Shown piece by piece: positions 39,050-47,662 of a DNA stretch of 64,000 nt. The position numbers and the translations under genes are program-made. Position 1 is the first letter of the stretch. Each line of letters opens with the position of its first letter. The notes below the pieces were generated by a model. The model was given only the letters and a program-made list of their open reading frames with translations, did not search any database and was not told the origin of the DNA. Origin of the DNA: an uncultured Thermoleophilia bacterium (GTDB lineage Bacteria > Actinomycetota > Thermoleophilia > UBA2241); assembly GCA_963747935.1 (NCBI GenBank), contig CAVVGY010000005.1:197620-261619 (forward strand). The letters run 5' to 3'.

Positions 39050-39736
39050 GTGACCACATCCAAGAAGAGTGCGCGGGGCAAGCTGCAGTTCCCGTTCGAG
39101 GATCCCGTCGAGACCCTGCCCGCTACGGCGCAGAAGATCCTCAAGGCCGCGACCACGCTGCTGGCGGAGAGGGGCTACGAGGCCGTCACGCTCGAGAACG
39201 TCGCCACCGAGGCGGGCGTGAACAAGGCCTCCATCCGCTACAACTTCGGCAACAAGGCGGGCCTCATCATGGCCGTCGCCGACGCGCTCATCCACAACGA
39301 GTGCCTGCGCCTGGCCGCCGACACGGAGAGCGTGCCGGAGGAGGAGCGGCTGCACGCGGCCATGGTCGGCATCCGCCGCATGATCGTGGACGCCGACTCG
39401 TTCCGCGGGTTCTTCGACATCCTGCCGCACGCGTTCCGCGACCCCGAGCTGCGCGAGCGCATGTTCGCGCTGTACGAGTGGTGGTACCACCAGAACCTCA
39501 CGTGGCTCGGCCTCGCCGGGCCGGGCGCGGAGAGCAACGAGATGCTCATGGGACTGGCCGAGCTCATCGCGGCCATCCCCGACGGCCTCTCGGTGCAGGC
39601 CGGCCTCAACCCGGACGGCTTCGAGCTCAGCCGGCCGCTCGCCACGCTCGAGTTCCTGCTGCGCAACTCGATGGTCCAGCTGCTGGAGATGGCCGCGAGC
39701 GCAGGCGATGCAGAGGCGGCCGCGGCGACGTCCTGA
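39050..39736 (+). CDS. TetR/AcrR family transcriptional regulator
   Basis: GTG 39050 after AGGAAGAGGG. HTH VTLENVATEAGVNKASIRYNFGNKAGL. The ORF-track start at 39029 lies inside the operator. Confidence 0.85.
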   Translation: MTTSKKSARGKLQFPFEDPVETLPATAQKILKAATTLLAERGYEAVTLENVATEAGVNKASIRYNFGNKAGLIMAVADALIHNECLRLAADTESVPEEERLHAAMVGIRRMIVDADSFRGFFDILPHAFRDPELRERMFALYEWWYHQNLTWLGLAGPGAESNEMLMGLAELIAAIPDGLSVQAGLNPDGFELSRPLATLEFLLRNSMVQLLEMAASAGDAEAAAATS

Positions 39737-39798
39737 CGCTTCCGCGGCCCTGGCCGGCACGCCTCACGGTCGGCGAAGTGTTGGTCGGCAGGTCGCGT

Positions 39799-39814
39799 AT
39801 CCACCTAGGTGGAT
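39799..39814. promoter_or_regulatory. Operator palindrome ATCCACC-TA-GGTGGAT, site 2
   Basis: Perfect 16-bp palindrome. Its centre is 108 bp from the centre of site 3. Confidence 0.65.
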
Positions 39815-39877
39815 TGACTCACGGTATCCGCCCTCGTGCTCGGCGTCAAGAGCTGGCCTCGTCGACGACCCATACGC

Positions 39878-39905
39878 TTGACAACCCCCCATTTGCACCT
39901 ATTCT
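39878..39905 (+). promoter_or_regulatory. Candidate promoter TTGACA-N16-TATTCT of the mtbB operon
   Basis: Hexamers at 39878-39883 and 39900-39905. Operator site 3 starts 3 nt after the -10. Confidence 0.55.
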
Positions 39906-39907
39906 TT

Positions 39908-39921
39908 TCCACCCAGGTGGG
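39908..39921. promoter_or_regulatory. Operator palindrome TCCACC-CA-GGTGGG, site 3
   Basis: Immediately downstream of the -10 element of the mtbB promoter. Confidence 0.65.
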
Positions 39922-39964
39922 TAGTTCTTCCCACACCAAGCGCTACCGTGGAGGGGGTGAGCGG

Positions 39965-41386
39965 GTGGCTTCGATCGTCACGCGCATGGGTGACGGCAGC
40001 ACCGTCCAGATGACCCGCGACGAGATCCGCAGGGAGATCGTCGAGGGGTCTGAGGCCGCGGCGGTGAAGGCCAAGGTCCCCGTACTCGAGGAGAACGAGG
40101 TCGACTACCTCGTCGACATGTTCTGTTGCCCCAGCCGCGTGTGGGGCGTGGAGCGCGGCCACGAGGCCGTCATGACCAAGGACGGCGGCACCAACACGCT
40201 CATCTCGTCGCGGCTCTCGAGCGGCATCGCCGCGCCGATCGGCCGCGAGACGGCCGTCAGGCTGTTCGAGCGGGCGTTCGCGTTCGACTCCATGGAAGTC
40301 GGCCACATCGACTACTCCGTGAAGCCGAGCAAGTTCATCGTCAGCGTGGAGCAGGAGCACATGGAACTGCTCCAGCACACCACCGTGTTTCCGCTCTTCT
40401 ACGGGTTCATGCCGAACCTGGGCCTCTACTACCGGCCCGACGGGCAGTTCGAGAACCCGTCCGACCTCTTGCCGCTGGGCAAGATCGCCGAGGCGCGGCG
40501 CACGCAGGAGGAGGCCCTGGAGGCCTGCCACGACGACGTCGTCTGGCAGAGCAAGATGTTCGCCGAGACCGGCGCCGACGGCATCAACTACGACACCGTG
40601 GCGTCCACCGGCGACGCCGAGTTCCTCGCCACTCTCCGCGCCACCGAGACCATCTCGTCCGAGACCCACATGCCGGTCGAGGTGAGCATGGCGGCCGAGA
40701 TGGTGCTGGGGTTCCACGGCGAGCTCGAGTACAAGGGCACCCGGCTCGCCGGGCTGTGGCCGCACCAGCAGATGAAGGTGGTCGAGCAGGCCGGCGCCGC
40801 GATCTTCGGCCCCGTGGTCAACAACAACAGCAAGAAGTCGTGCGCCTGGAACGTCGCCCGGGCGGTCACGTTCGTCAAGGCCTGCACCAAGGACGCGACC
40901 ATCCCCATCCACCCCAACGTGGGCAACGGTGTGGGCGGCGTGCCGATGTTCGAGGTCTCGCCGATGGACATGGTCAGCCGGGCGAGCGCCGCGATGATCG
41001 AGATCGGCAAGGCCGACGGGTTGTAGGTGGGTACCGGCGACCCGAACGGCATGGGTATGGCGCACGCGCTGGCCTCGTCGATGGGTGGCATCAAGACCGC
41101 GGGAGATCTCGTGGCCAGGATGCAGCTCAGCAGGAAGATGAGGCTTCCGGAGGCCAAGCAGTACGTGGCCGACAAGCTCGGCGTGAGCGTCTTCGACCTG
41201 TCCGACTCGACCGTGATGCGCACCGTGCGCGAGGAGTTCGACATCGGCGTCGTCACCGCCGTCCCCGGGCTCGCCAAGGGCCTCGAGGCCAAGTCGCGTA
41301 TCGCCGACCTGCTCGACATCCGCATCAACTCCGTCGAGCGCCTCAAGGCCAAGACGGGACTGGGCGCGCCGGCCGGAGCCGTCTGA
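39965..41386 (+). CDS. mtbB: Dimethylamine:corrinoid methyltransferase MtbB with in-frame UAG (putative pyrrolysine) at 41024-41026
   Basis: GTG 39965 after GGAGGGGG. VASIVTRMGDGSTVQMTRDEI...MEVGHIDYSVKP...FPLFYGFMPNLGLYYRPDGQFENP...LAGLWPHQQ...ARAVTFVK...IEIGKADGL-TAG-VGTGDPNGMGMAHALA...AGDLVARMQLSRKM. Collinear over its full length with Methanosarcina MtbB as I remember it (..VAGVDGI-Pyl-IGVGDPLGM..). The ORF track splits it into 39836-41026 and 41027-41386 in the same frame. Confidence 0.9.
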
Positions 41387-41396
41387 AGGAGAATCG

Positions 41397-42023
41397 ATGA
41401 AAGACCAGCTCAAGCAAGCCATCATCGACGGCAACGAGGGCGTCGCCCTGGCGATGACCCAGGCGCTGCTCGCCACCGGGGCCTCGGCCCGTGAGATCTT
41501 AGACGAGGGCCTGCTCCCGGGCATGGAGGTCGTGGGCACGCGCATGCGCGAGGGCGAGTGCTTCATCCCCGAGGTGCTGCTCTCCGCCCGGGTCATGCAG
41601 GCCTGCCTCGACCTGCTGCGCCCGCACATGGCGGCCGGCGAGGAGGCCGGCATGGGCACGGTCGTGATCGGCACCGTCGAGGGCGACCTGCACGACATCG
41701 GCAAGAACCTCGTCGGCATGCTCCTCCAGGGCGCCGGCTTCACGGTCGTGAACCTCGGCACCGGGGTGACGGCCGCCGACTTCGTCGCCGCGGTCAGGGA
41801 GCACTCACCCGCCATCATCGGCATGAGCGCCCTGCTCACGACCACGCTGCCGCACATGAGCGAGACGATCGCGCAGCTCAAGGCCGAGGGCCTCCGGGAC
41901 GCGGTCAAGGTGATGGTCGGCGGCGCCCCCGTGACGGCCGCCTACGCCGAGGAGATCGGCGCCGACGGCTACGGCGCCAACGCCGGCATGGCCGTGGAGC
42001 GGGCGAAGGAGCTGGTGGGGTAG
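41397..42023 (+). CDS. Methylamine-type corrinoid (B12-binding) protein, MtbC/MttC-like
   Basis: N-terminal helical cap plus Rossmann B12 domain with the DxHxxG motif (GDLHDIGKN) and GMSALLTTT. Stop is TAG 42021-42023. Confidence 0.85.
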   Translation: MKDQLKQAIIDGNEGVALAMTQALLATGASAREILDEGLLPGMEVVGTRMREGECFIPEVLLSARVMQACLDLLRPHMAAGEEAGMGTVVIGTVEGDLHDIGKNLVGMLLQGAGFTVVNLGTGVTAADFVAAVREHSPAIIGMSALLTTTLPHMSETIAQLKAEGLRDAVKVMVGGAPVTAAYAEEIGADGYGANAGMAVERAKELVG

Positions 42024-42122
42024 GCTGGAGGCCGTGGAGGCCGCCCGCGCCGCGTGCGGACGGCGAGAGACCAGAGCCTCCGCCAGGGGGCGGCGGATCC
42101 TGATGGGGAACGGGGTGGACTG

Positions 42123-43553
42123 ATGACCGTGCGGGTCGAGTGGCTCACGGCAGACGAGCGCGAGGCGATCTACACCCAGGCGCTCGACATCCTCGAGCGC
42201 GTCGGCATGCGCATGAAGGGCGCCGCGGTGCTCGACCTGCTGCGCGAGGCCGGCGCGGAGGTGGACGACTCCGGGACGGCGCGCCTGCCGGCAGGGCTCG
42301 TCGAGCGCGCCGTCGCCGCGTGCCCGCGCGACCTGCTCATGGCCGGCGAGACGCCGGACGACGACGTGCTGCTCGACGGCTCCCGGACGTTCTTCAACGT
42401 CAGCGGCTGCGCGGCCAAGACCCTGGACCAGCAGACCGGCGCCGTCCGGCCCTCCACGCTGGACGACCTGCGCGACGGCACCATCGTGCTGGACGCCACG
42501 CCCGAGCTCGACGTCGTCTGGACGTTCCTCACCGCCACCGACGTGCCGCTCGAGCGGCGGGAGCTCGTCGAGTACTACACGTACCTCACGGAGACCACCA
42601 AGCCGCTGGTGTTCGTCGACTGCCCCGAGAAGACCGACCACGTGCGCCACATCATCGAGATCGTGTCCGGGGACCTCGAGAAGTTCCGGCAGCGGCCGCG
42701 CATGTCGCTGCTGTGCGCGGCCCGCTCGCCGCTCGAGGTCAACGGCCAGCTGCTCGACGTGGCCTGCGAGTTCGCGTCGCTCGGCGCTCCCATCTGGGTC
42801 TACTCCATGCCCATCTCCGGGGCCACGGCTCCCGTCACCCCGGCCGGTACCCTGGCGCTGCTCTGGGCCGAAGTACTGGGCACCCTGACCGCCATCCAGA
42901 CGGCGGCGCCCGGGGCCCCCATCCTCGCCTGTTGCGGGCCCGGGATCCTCGACATGCGCGCCACCACCATGTCGCTCGGCAACCTCGAGAGCACGCTCAT
43001 GGGCGCGGCGGCGGTCGAGATCGGCCACCACCTCGGGATCCCGGTGCACAACTCCGGCCTCTCCACCGACGCCAAGCACCTCGGCGTGCAGGCCGGCTAC
43101 GAGAAGGGCCTCAAGGTGATGGCGGCGGTCGCCACCGGCGCCGACATCTGCAGCGGCGGCTTCGGGTTCCTCGACTCCTCGAGCACGTTCAGCCTGCGCA
43201 TGATCCCCGTGGACGCCGAGATCGCCGCCATGGCGACGCGCATGGCGCGGGGCATCGAGGTGACGCCCGACACCCTTCTTGCGGACTCCATCGGGCGTGT
43301 GGGTATCGGCGGGGACTTCCTGCGCGAGAAGGAGACACGCCGCCGCATCCGCGCCGGCGAGCACTTCGTACCGCGCATCGGCTCGCGGCTGCCGTTCGAA
43401 CAGTGGCTCGCCGAGGGCCGCACCGAGACGGACGCCGCCGACGACGCGGTGCGAGCCGCGCTGGCCGCGCGCGAAGAGCGCGGCCCGCGGCTGTCGGAGG
43501 ACCAGCGGCGCGCGCTCGCCGCGGTCTGCGACGTGACCACGACCACTACGTGA
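42123..43553 (+). CDS. MttB-superfamily methyltransferase without pyrrolysine (quaternary-amine type)
   Basis: ATG 42123 (MTVRVEWLTADEREAIY..). At the Pyl-equivalent column it reads SG-L-STDAKHLGVQAGYEKGL, with Leu in place of Pyl. Confidence 0.85.
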   Translation: MTVRVEWLTADEREAIYTQALDILERVGMRMKGAAVLDLLREAGAEVDDSGTARLPAGLVERAVAACPRDLLMAGETPDDDVLLDGSRTFFNVSGCAAKTLDQQTGAVRPSTLDDLRDGTIVLDATPELDVVWTFLTATDVPLERRELVEYYTYLTETTKPLVFVDCPEKTDHVRHIIEIVSGDLEKFRQRPRMSLLCAARSPLEVNGQLLDVACEFASLGAPIWVYSMPISGATAPVTPAGTLALLWAEVLGTLTAIQTAAPGAPILACCGPGILDMRATTMSLGNLESTLMGAAAVEIGHHLGIPVHNSGLSTDAKHLGVQAGYEKGLKVMAAVATGADICSGGFGFLDSSSTFSLRMIPVDAEIAAMATRMARGIEVTPDTLLADSIGRVGIGGDFLREKETRRRIRAGEHFVPRIGSRLPFEQWLAEGRTETDAADDAVRAALAAREERGPRLSEDQRRALAAVCDVTTTTT

Positions 43554-43597
43554 CGTGACCATTCCGAGCAATCAGAGATGAGAAGGGAGGTGCGCCC

Positions 43598-45064
43598 ATG
43601 AAGCGGAACCACCAGGCCGGCCGCACGCGCCGGGAGGGCTGCGAGTTCCGGGTCCTGACCGACGACGACCTCGCCGACATCCACCTCGGGACCCTGGAGG
43701 TCCTGGAGCGGACGGGCGTGTACGTCGAGGACGAGGAGGCCCGCGAGGTCTTCGCCGGGGCCGGCGCCACGGTCGACGCCAAAGGCGTCGTCCGCATCCC
43801 CGGCCACGTCGTCGAGCAGGCCGTGCGCACGGCGCCCAGCAAGCTCCGGCTCGCCGGCCGCAACCCCAGGAACGACATCGTGCTCGAGGCCGGGCGCGTC
43901 GGCTTCACCAACTTCGGTGAGGGCGTCGCGATCATCGACCCGTACACCGGCGAGCTCAAGGTACCGACCAAGCAGGACGTCGCCGACACCGCCAAGGTCG
44001 TCGACGCGCTGCCCAACGTGGACGTCTACGAGCGCGCCGTGGTGGCCGAGGACGTCGACCAGCGCGTCGTCCACCTGCACCAGTACGAGGCCTGGGCGAC
44101 CAACACGTCCAAGCACGGATTCATGGGCTCCGGCAACGGCTGGCTCTCCCGCAAGCTGGTCGAGATGGCGTCCGTCATCGCCGGCGGGCGCGAGAAGCTC
44201 AAGGAGCGCCCGATCATCAGCTTCATCACCTGCCCCGTGAGCCCGCTCAAGCTGGTGCAGGACACGTGCGAGATCATCATGACCGGCGCCCGCGAGCACA
44301 TCGCCGTGAACATCCTCTCGATGGCGATGGCCGGCGGCTCGTCGCCGGTGACGCTGGCGGGCACGCTGGTCACGCACAACGCCGAGGTGCTCGCCGGCAT
44401 CACGCTGAGCCAGCTCACCCAGCCGGGCGCCAAGGTCGTGTACGGCAGCTCCACGACGGCCATGGACCTGCGGCTCGCCTCCGCGAGCGTCGGCTCGCCC
44501 GAGTGCGGCCTCATCAACGCCGCCGTCGCCCAGATCGCCCGCTTCTACCTGCTGCCCAGCTGGGTAGCGGGTGCGTAGGGCGACGCCAAGACGGTCGATG
44601 CCCAAAGCGGCCACGAGAAGACCCTGACCGGCCTGATGCCGGCGTTGGCAGGCGCCAACCTGATCTACGGTCTGGGGATGATCGAGTCGGGCATGACCTT
44701 CGACTTCGGCCAGCTCGTCATGGACGACGAGTTCGCCGGCATGATCAAGCAGTGCGTCCGCGGCATCCGCGTGGACGACGAGGCGCTCGCCATCGACGTG
44801 ATCGACGACATCGGTCCGTTCGGCGACTTCCTCAGCCACGACCACACCATGGCGCACATGCGCGAGCAGTCGCAGCCTGCGGTGATCGACCGTCGCGTCC
44901 GGGAGGACTGGACGACCAACGGCTCGCTCACCATCCAGGACCGCGCCCTCGCCAAGGCGCGCAAGATCCTCGAGACCCACCAGCCGGACCCGCTGCCGGA
45001 CGGCGTGGCCGACGAGCTCAAGGAGATCATCCGCGCGGCCGAGCGCGAGCTCGGCGTCGGGTGA
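43598..45064 (+). CDS. mttB: Trimethylamine:corrinoid methyltransferase MttB with in-frame UAG (putative pyrrolysine) at 44576-44578
   Basis: ..NILSMAMAGGSSPVTLAGTLVTHNAEVLAGITLSQLTQPGAKVVYGSSTT...[45 protein letters not shown]. Methanosarcina MttB (from memory) reads ..YVAGS-Pyl-SDAKVPDDQAGHEKT. The ORF track splits it into 43598-44578 and 44636-45064 in the same frame. Confidence 0.9.
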
Positions 45065-45108
45065 ACGCCCGCCGCCCGTAACGGCTCGAGGGCGAGCACC
45101 AGCAGCCC

Positions 45109-45150
45109 GCGGACGCCCGCGGCCGGCAGACGCCGGCCGCGGGCGTCCGC
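45109..45150 (+). terminator. Perfect 19-bp stem-loop after mttB
   Basis: GCGGACGCCCGCGGCCGGC-AGAC-GCCGGCCGCGGGCGTCCGC. No U-tract. Confidence 0.6.
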
Positions 45151-45263
45151 GTACGTGCGTCCGCGCTTCCGCGGCTGCAGGACCACTGCGCCGCAGGCGT
45201 CCGCCCTCGCAGCACTCGCCGCCTCGCGAGGGGAGGAGAGCGCCGTCGGCCTCCTCTGAGAAC

Positions 45264-45335
45264 GGATATCCGTCGGCTCTCCGTATCGAGTAGCCCGGGC
45301 GCAAGGGCGCCGAGATGGATATCCATCGGCTATCC
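45264..45335. repeat. Pair of 19-bp palindromes (GGATATCCGTCGGCTCTCC / GGATATCCATCGGCTATCC) spaced 53 bp start to start
   Basis: Motifs at 45264-45282 and 45317-45335. Same motif and same spacing as 63920-63991. Confidence 0.7.
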
Positions 45336-45606
45336 GGGAACAGAGCGCCCCGCCACTGTCTCCCGCCACTGCCCCACGCCGCGGAGCCGGCCGCAGGCTG
45401 CGAGGTTCCAGTGCAGTCTCGCTTTTTGGATTCCTTACCGATTCTCACTTCATCAGGCACTAAGTGCTCCAGTTGGCGGTAATCTCGTCACGAACCGACG
45501 AAAAGTGCCACTATCGGTTCAGAATCCATCGCTGAGCGGTTGTCAGCCGTCAGTCTCGGTGCTACTCTCGGAACGACCAAATCACGAGCAATCGAGGAGC
45601 CGCTCC

Positions 45607-46341
45607 ATGAACAACAAGATCGTCCCGCTCTGGTCCGTACCGCGGTCTATCTCCACCGGCTTCGAGCGCATGATGTTCGAGCGCGGCGACTTCAAGGTCA
45701 TCCACGAGCCCTACGGCTACTTCTTCTACCTCGAGGCCGCGCACAAGGAGCCCGTGGGCATGCAGCCGCAGGAGGGTCATCCGCAGACCTTCGAGGGCAC
45801 GACCGAGATGATCGAGGCCGCCGCGACCGCCGACAAGCCGGTCTTCTTCAAAGACATGGCGTACTACGTCAGCGACGTGGCGGACGAGGACTTCATGAAG
45901 AAGTTCACCAACACGTTCATCATCCGCGACCCCGCCCTCACGCTCGTCTCGTACCACAAGCTCGACCCCACGGTGACCCTGCGCGAGATCGGCTTCGAGT
46001 CGCAGTTCAAGCTGTTCGAGCTCGCCAAGAAGATCACCGGCGAGGTGCCGGCGGTCGTCGACGCCGAGGACCTGCTCATCGACGCCGGGTCGGTGGTCAA
46101 GCAGTACTGCGAGAAGGTCGGCATCCCGTTCCTGCCCGAGTCCCTCACCTGGAAGCCCGAGTTCAAGCAGGAGTGGAAGGACTGGGAGATGTGGCACCTG
46201 GACGCCGGCGACAGCACCGGCTTCCAGAAGGACATGGAGGACTTCGGCTACACGGTCGACGACGTGCCCGAGCTCAGGGAGATGTACGACAAGTGCCAGC
46301 CTCTGTACGAGAAGATGTACGCGGAGCGGCTCAAGCCGTAA
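45607..46341 (+). CDS. Sulfotransferase-family protein
   Basis: ATG 45607 after GAGGAG. N-terminal WSVPRSISTGF resembles the PAPS 5'-phosphosulfate-binding loop. Sits directly upstream of sat and a SulP permease. Family assignment is tentative. Confidence 0.6.
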   Translation: MNNKIVPLWSVPRSISTGFERMMFERGDFKVIHEPYGYFFYLEAAHKEPVGMQPQEGHPQTFEGTTEMIEAAATADKPVFFKDMAYYVSDVADEDFMKKFTNTFIIRDPALTLVSYHKLDPTVTLREIGFESQFKLFELAKKITGEVPAVVDAEDLLIDAGSVVKQYCEKVGIPFLPESLTWKPEFKQEWKDWEMWHLDAGDSTGFQKDMEDFGYTVDDVPELREMYDKCQPLYEKMYAERLKP

Positions 46342-46444
46342 CGAGCCTCGTTCGTATCCCCGGGAGGGCCTCCGAGCTGGGGGCCCTCCCGCTGGGATCC
46401 TCCACCTCCGCGACCGCGTCCGTGACCCTGCCGGGAGTCCTGCC

Positions 46445-47662
46445 GTGAACCAGCGTCCCGAGAACTGCGAGCTCATCTCGCCCTTCGGCGGCGGGCCTCT
46501 GGTCGACCTGGTGGTCCACGACCCCGACGAGCGCGCCGCGCTGCTCGAGCGGGCCCAGAACCTGCCTGTGGTGCCGCTCTCGTTGCGCGCCCAGTACGAC
46601 CTCGAGATGCTCGCGGTGGGCGCGTTCTCGCCGCTGGACAGGTTCATGCCGCACGACGAGTACGAGTCGGTCCTCTACGAGATGCGCCTCGAGGGCGGCG
46701 AGCTGTTCCCCATCCCGCTCGCCGTGCCCTGCCGCGAGGAGGTCCTCCGCGGGCACCCGCGCGAGATCGCGCTGTCGGACGAGGAGGGCGTCATCCTGGC
46801 CCTGCTCGAGGTGGACGAGGTCTACCCGGCCGACATCCTGCGCGAGATGCGCGCGGTGCTGGGCGGCCGGGACAGCGCGCACCCGCTCGTCATCGAGGCC
46901 AAGGGCTGGCCGAGTCACTATCTCGCCGGACGCCCGCGCGTGCTCGACCTGCCGCGCCACCGGCTGCACGGACCCATGTGCCTCACGCCGGCGGAGTTGC
47001 GCGCGCGCCTCGCCACCATGGGCAACTCGACCGTGGTGGCGTTCCAGACGCGCAACCCCATGCACCGCATCCATGAGGAGCTCACCAAGCGCGCGCTCAG
47101 GACGGTCGGCGGCACGCTCCTCATCCATCCGGCCGTGGGCGTCACGCGGCCCCAGGACGTCGGCGCGGCGCTCCGTGTGGAGGCCTACGAGGTCCTCGTG
47201 CACAACTACTACGACTCGTCGAACACGCTGCTCTCCCTCATGCCTCTGGCCATGCGCTTCGCCGGGCCGCGGGAGGCCGTGTGGCACGCGATCATCCGGC
47301 GCAACTACGGCGCCACCCACATCATCGTGGGGCGGGACCACGCCGGGCCTGGTCCCGACTCGCACGGGGTGCCGTTCTACGGGCCCTACGACGCGCAGGC
47401 CATGGCCGAGCACTACTCGCACGAGATCGGGGTGAAGACCATTTTGGCGCGGGAGCTCGCCTACCTCACCGACGAAGACCGCTACGTGGAGCTCAACGAG
47501 GTCCCGTACGGCGCGCGCGTCTCTTCCATCTCGGGCACGCAGGTGCGCGAGGAGTACCTGGCCAAGGGCAAGAAGCTGCCCGAGTGGTTCACCCGTCCCG
47601 AAGTCGCGGAGGTCCTGCAGCGGGCGTACGCGCAGGCCGGCGATGCGGCGCCCGGCGCCTGA
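46445..47662 (+). CDS. sat: Sulfate adenylyltransferase (ATP sulfurylase, Sat type), no APS-kinase domain
   Basis: FQTRNPMHRIHEELTKRA...GRDHAGPG... Confidence 0.9.
   Translation: MNQRPENCELISPFGGGPLVDLVVHDPDERAALLERAQNLPVVPLSLRAQYDLEMLAVGAFSPLDRFMPHDEYESVLYEMRLEGGELFPIPLAVPCREEVLRGHPREIALSDEEGVILALLEVDEVYPADILREMRAVLGGRDSAHPLVIEAKGWPSHYLAGRPRVLDLPRHRLHGPMCLTPAELRARLATMGNSTVVAFQTRNPMHRIHEELTKRALRTVGGTLLIHPAVGVTRPQDVGAALRVEAYEVLVHNYYDSSNTLLSLMPLAMRFAGPREAVWHAIIRRNYGATHIIVGRDHAGPGPDSHGVPFYGPYDAQAMAEHYSHEIGVKTILARELAYLTDEDRYVELNEVPYGARVSSISGTQVREEYLAKGKKLPEWFTRPEVAEVLQRAYAQAGDAAPGA

Noticed and set aside
45065-45606. pylT (tRNA-Pyl) downstream of mttB
   Set aside because: No cloverleaf with a CUA anticodon could be folded. 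The only CTA/TAG-containing hairpin candidates (e.g. GGCACTAAGTGCT at about 45448-45460) have 3-5 nt loops and no acceptor or T arms.
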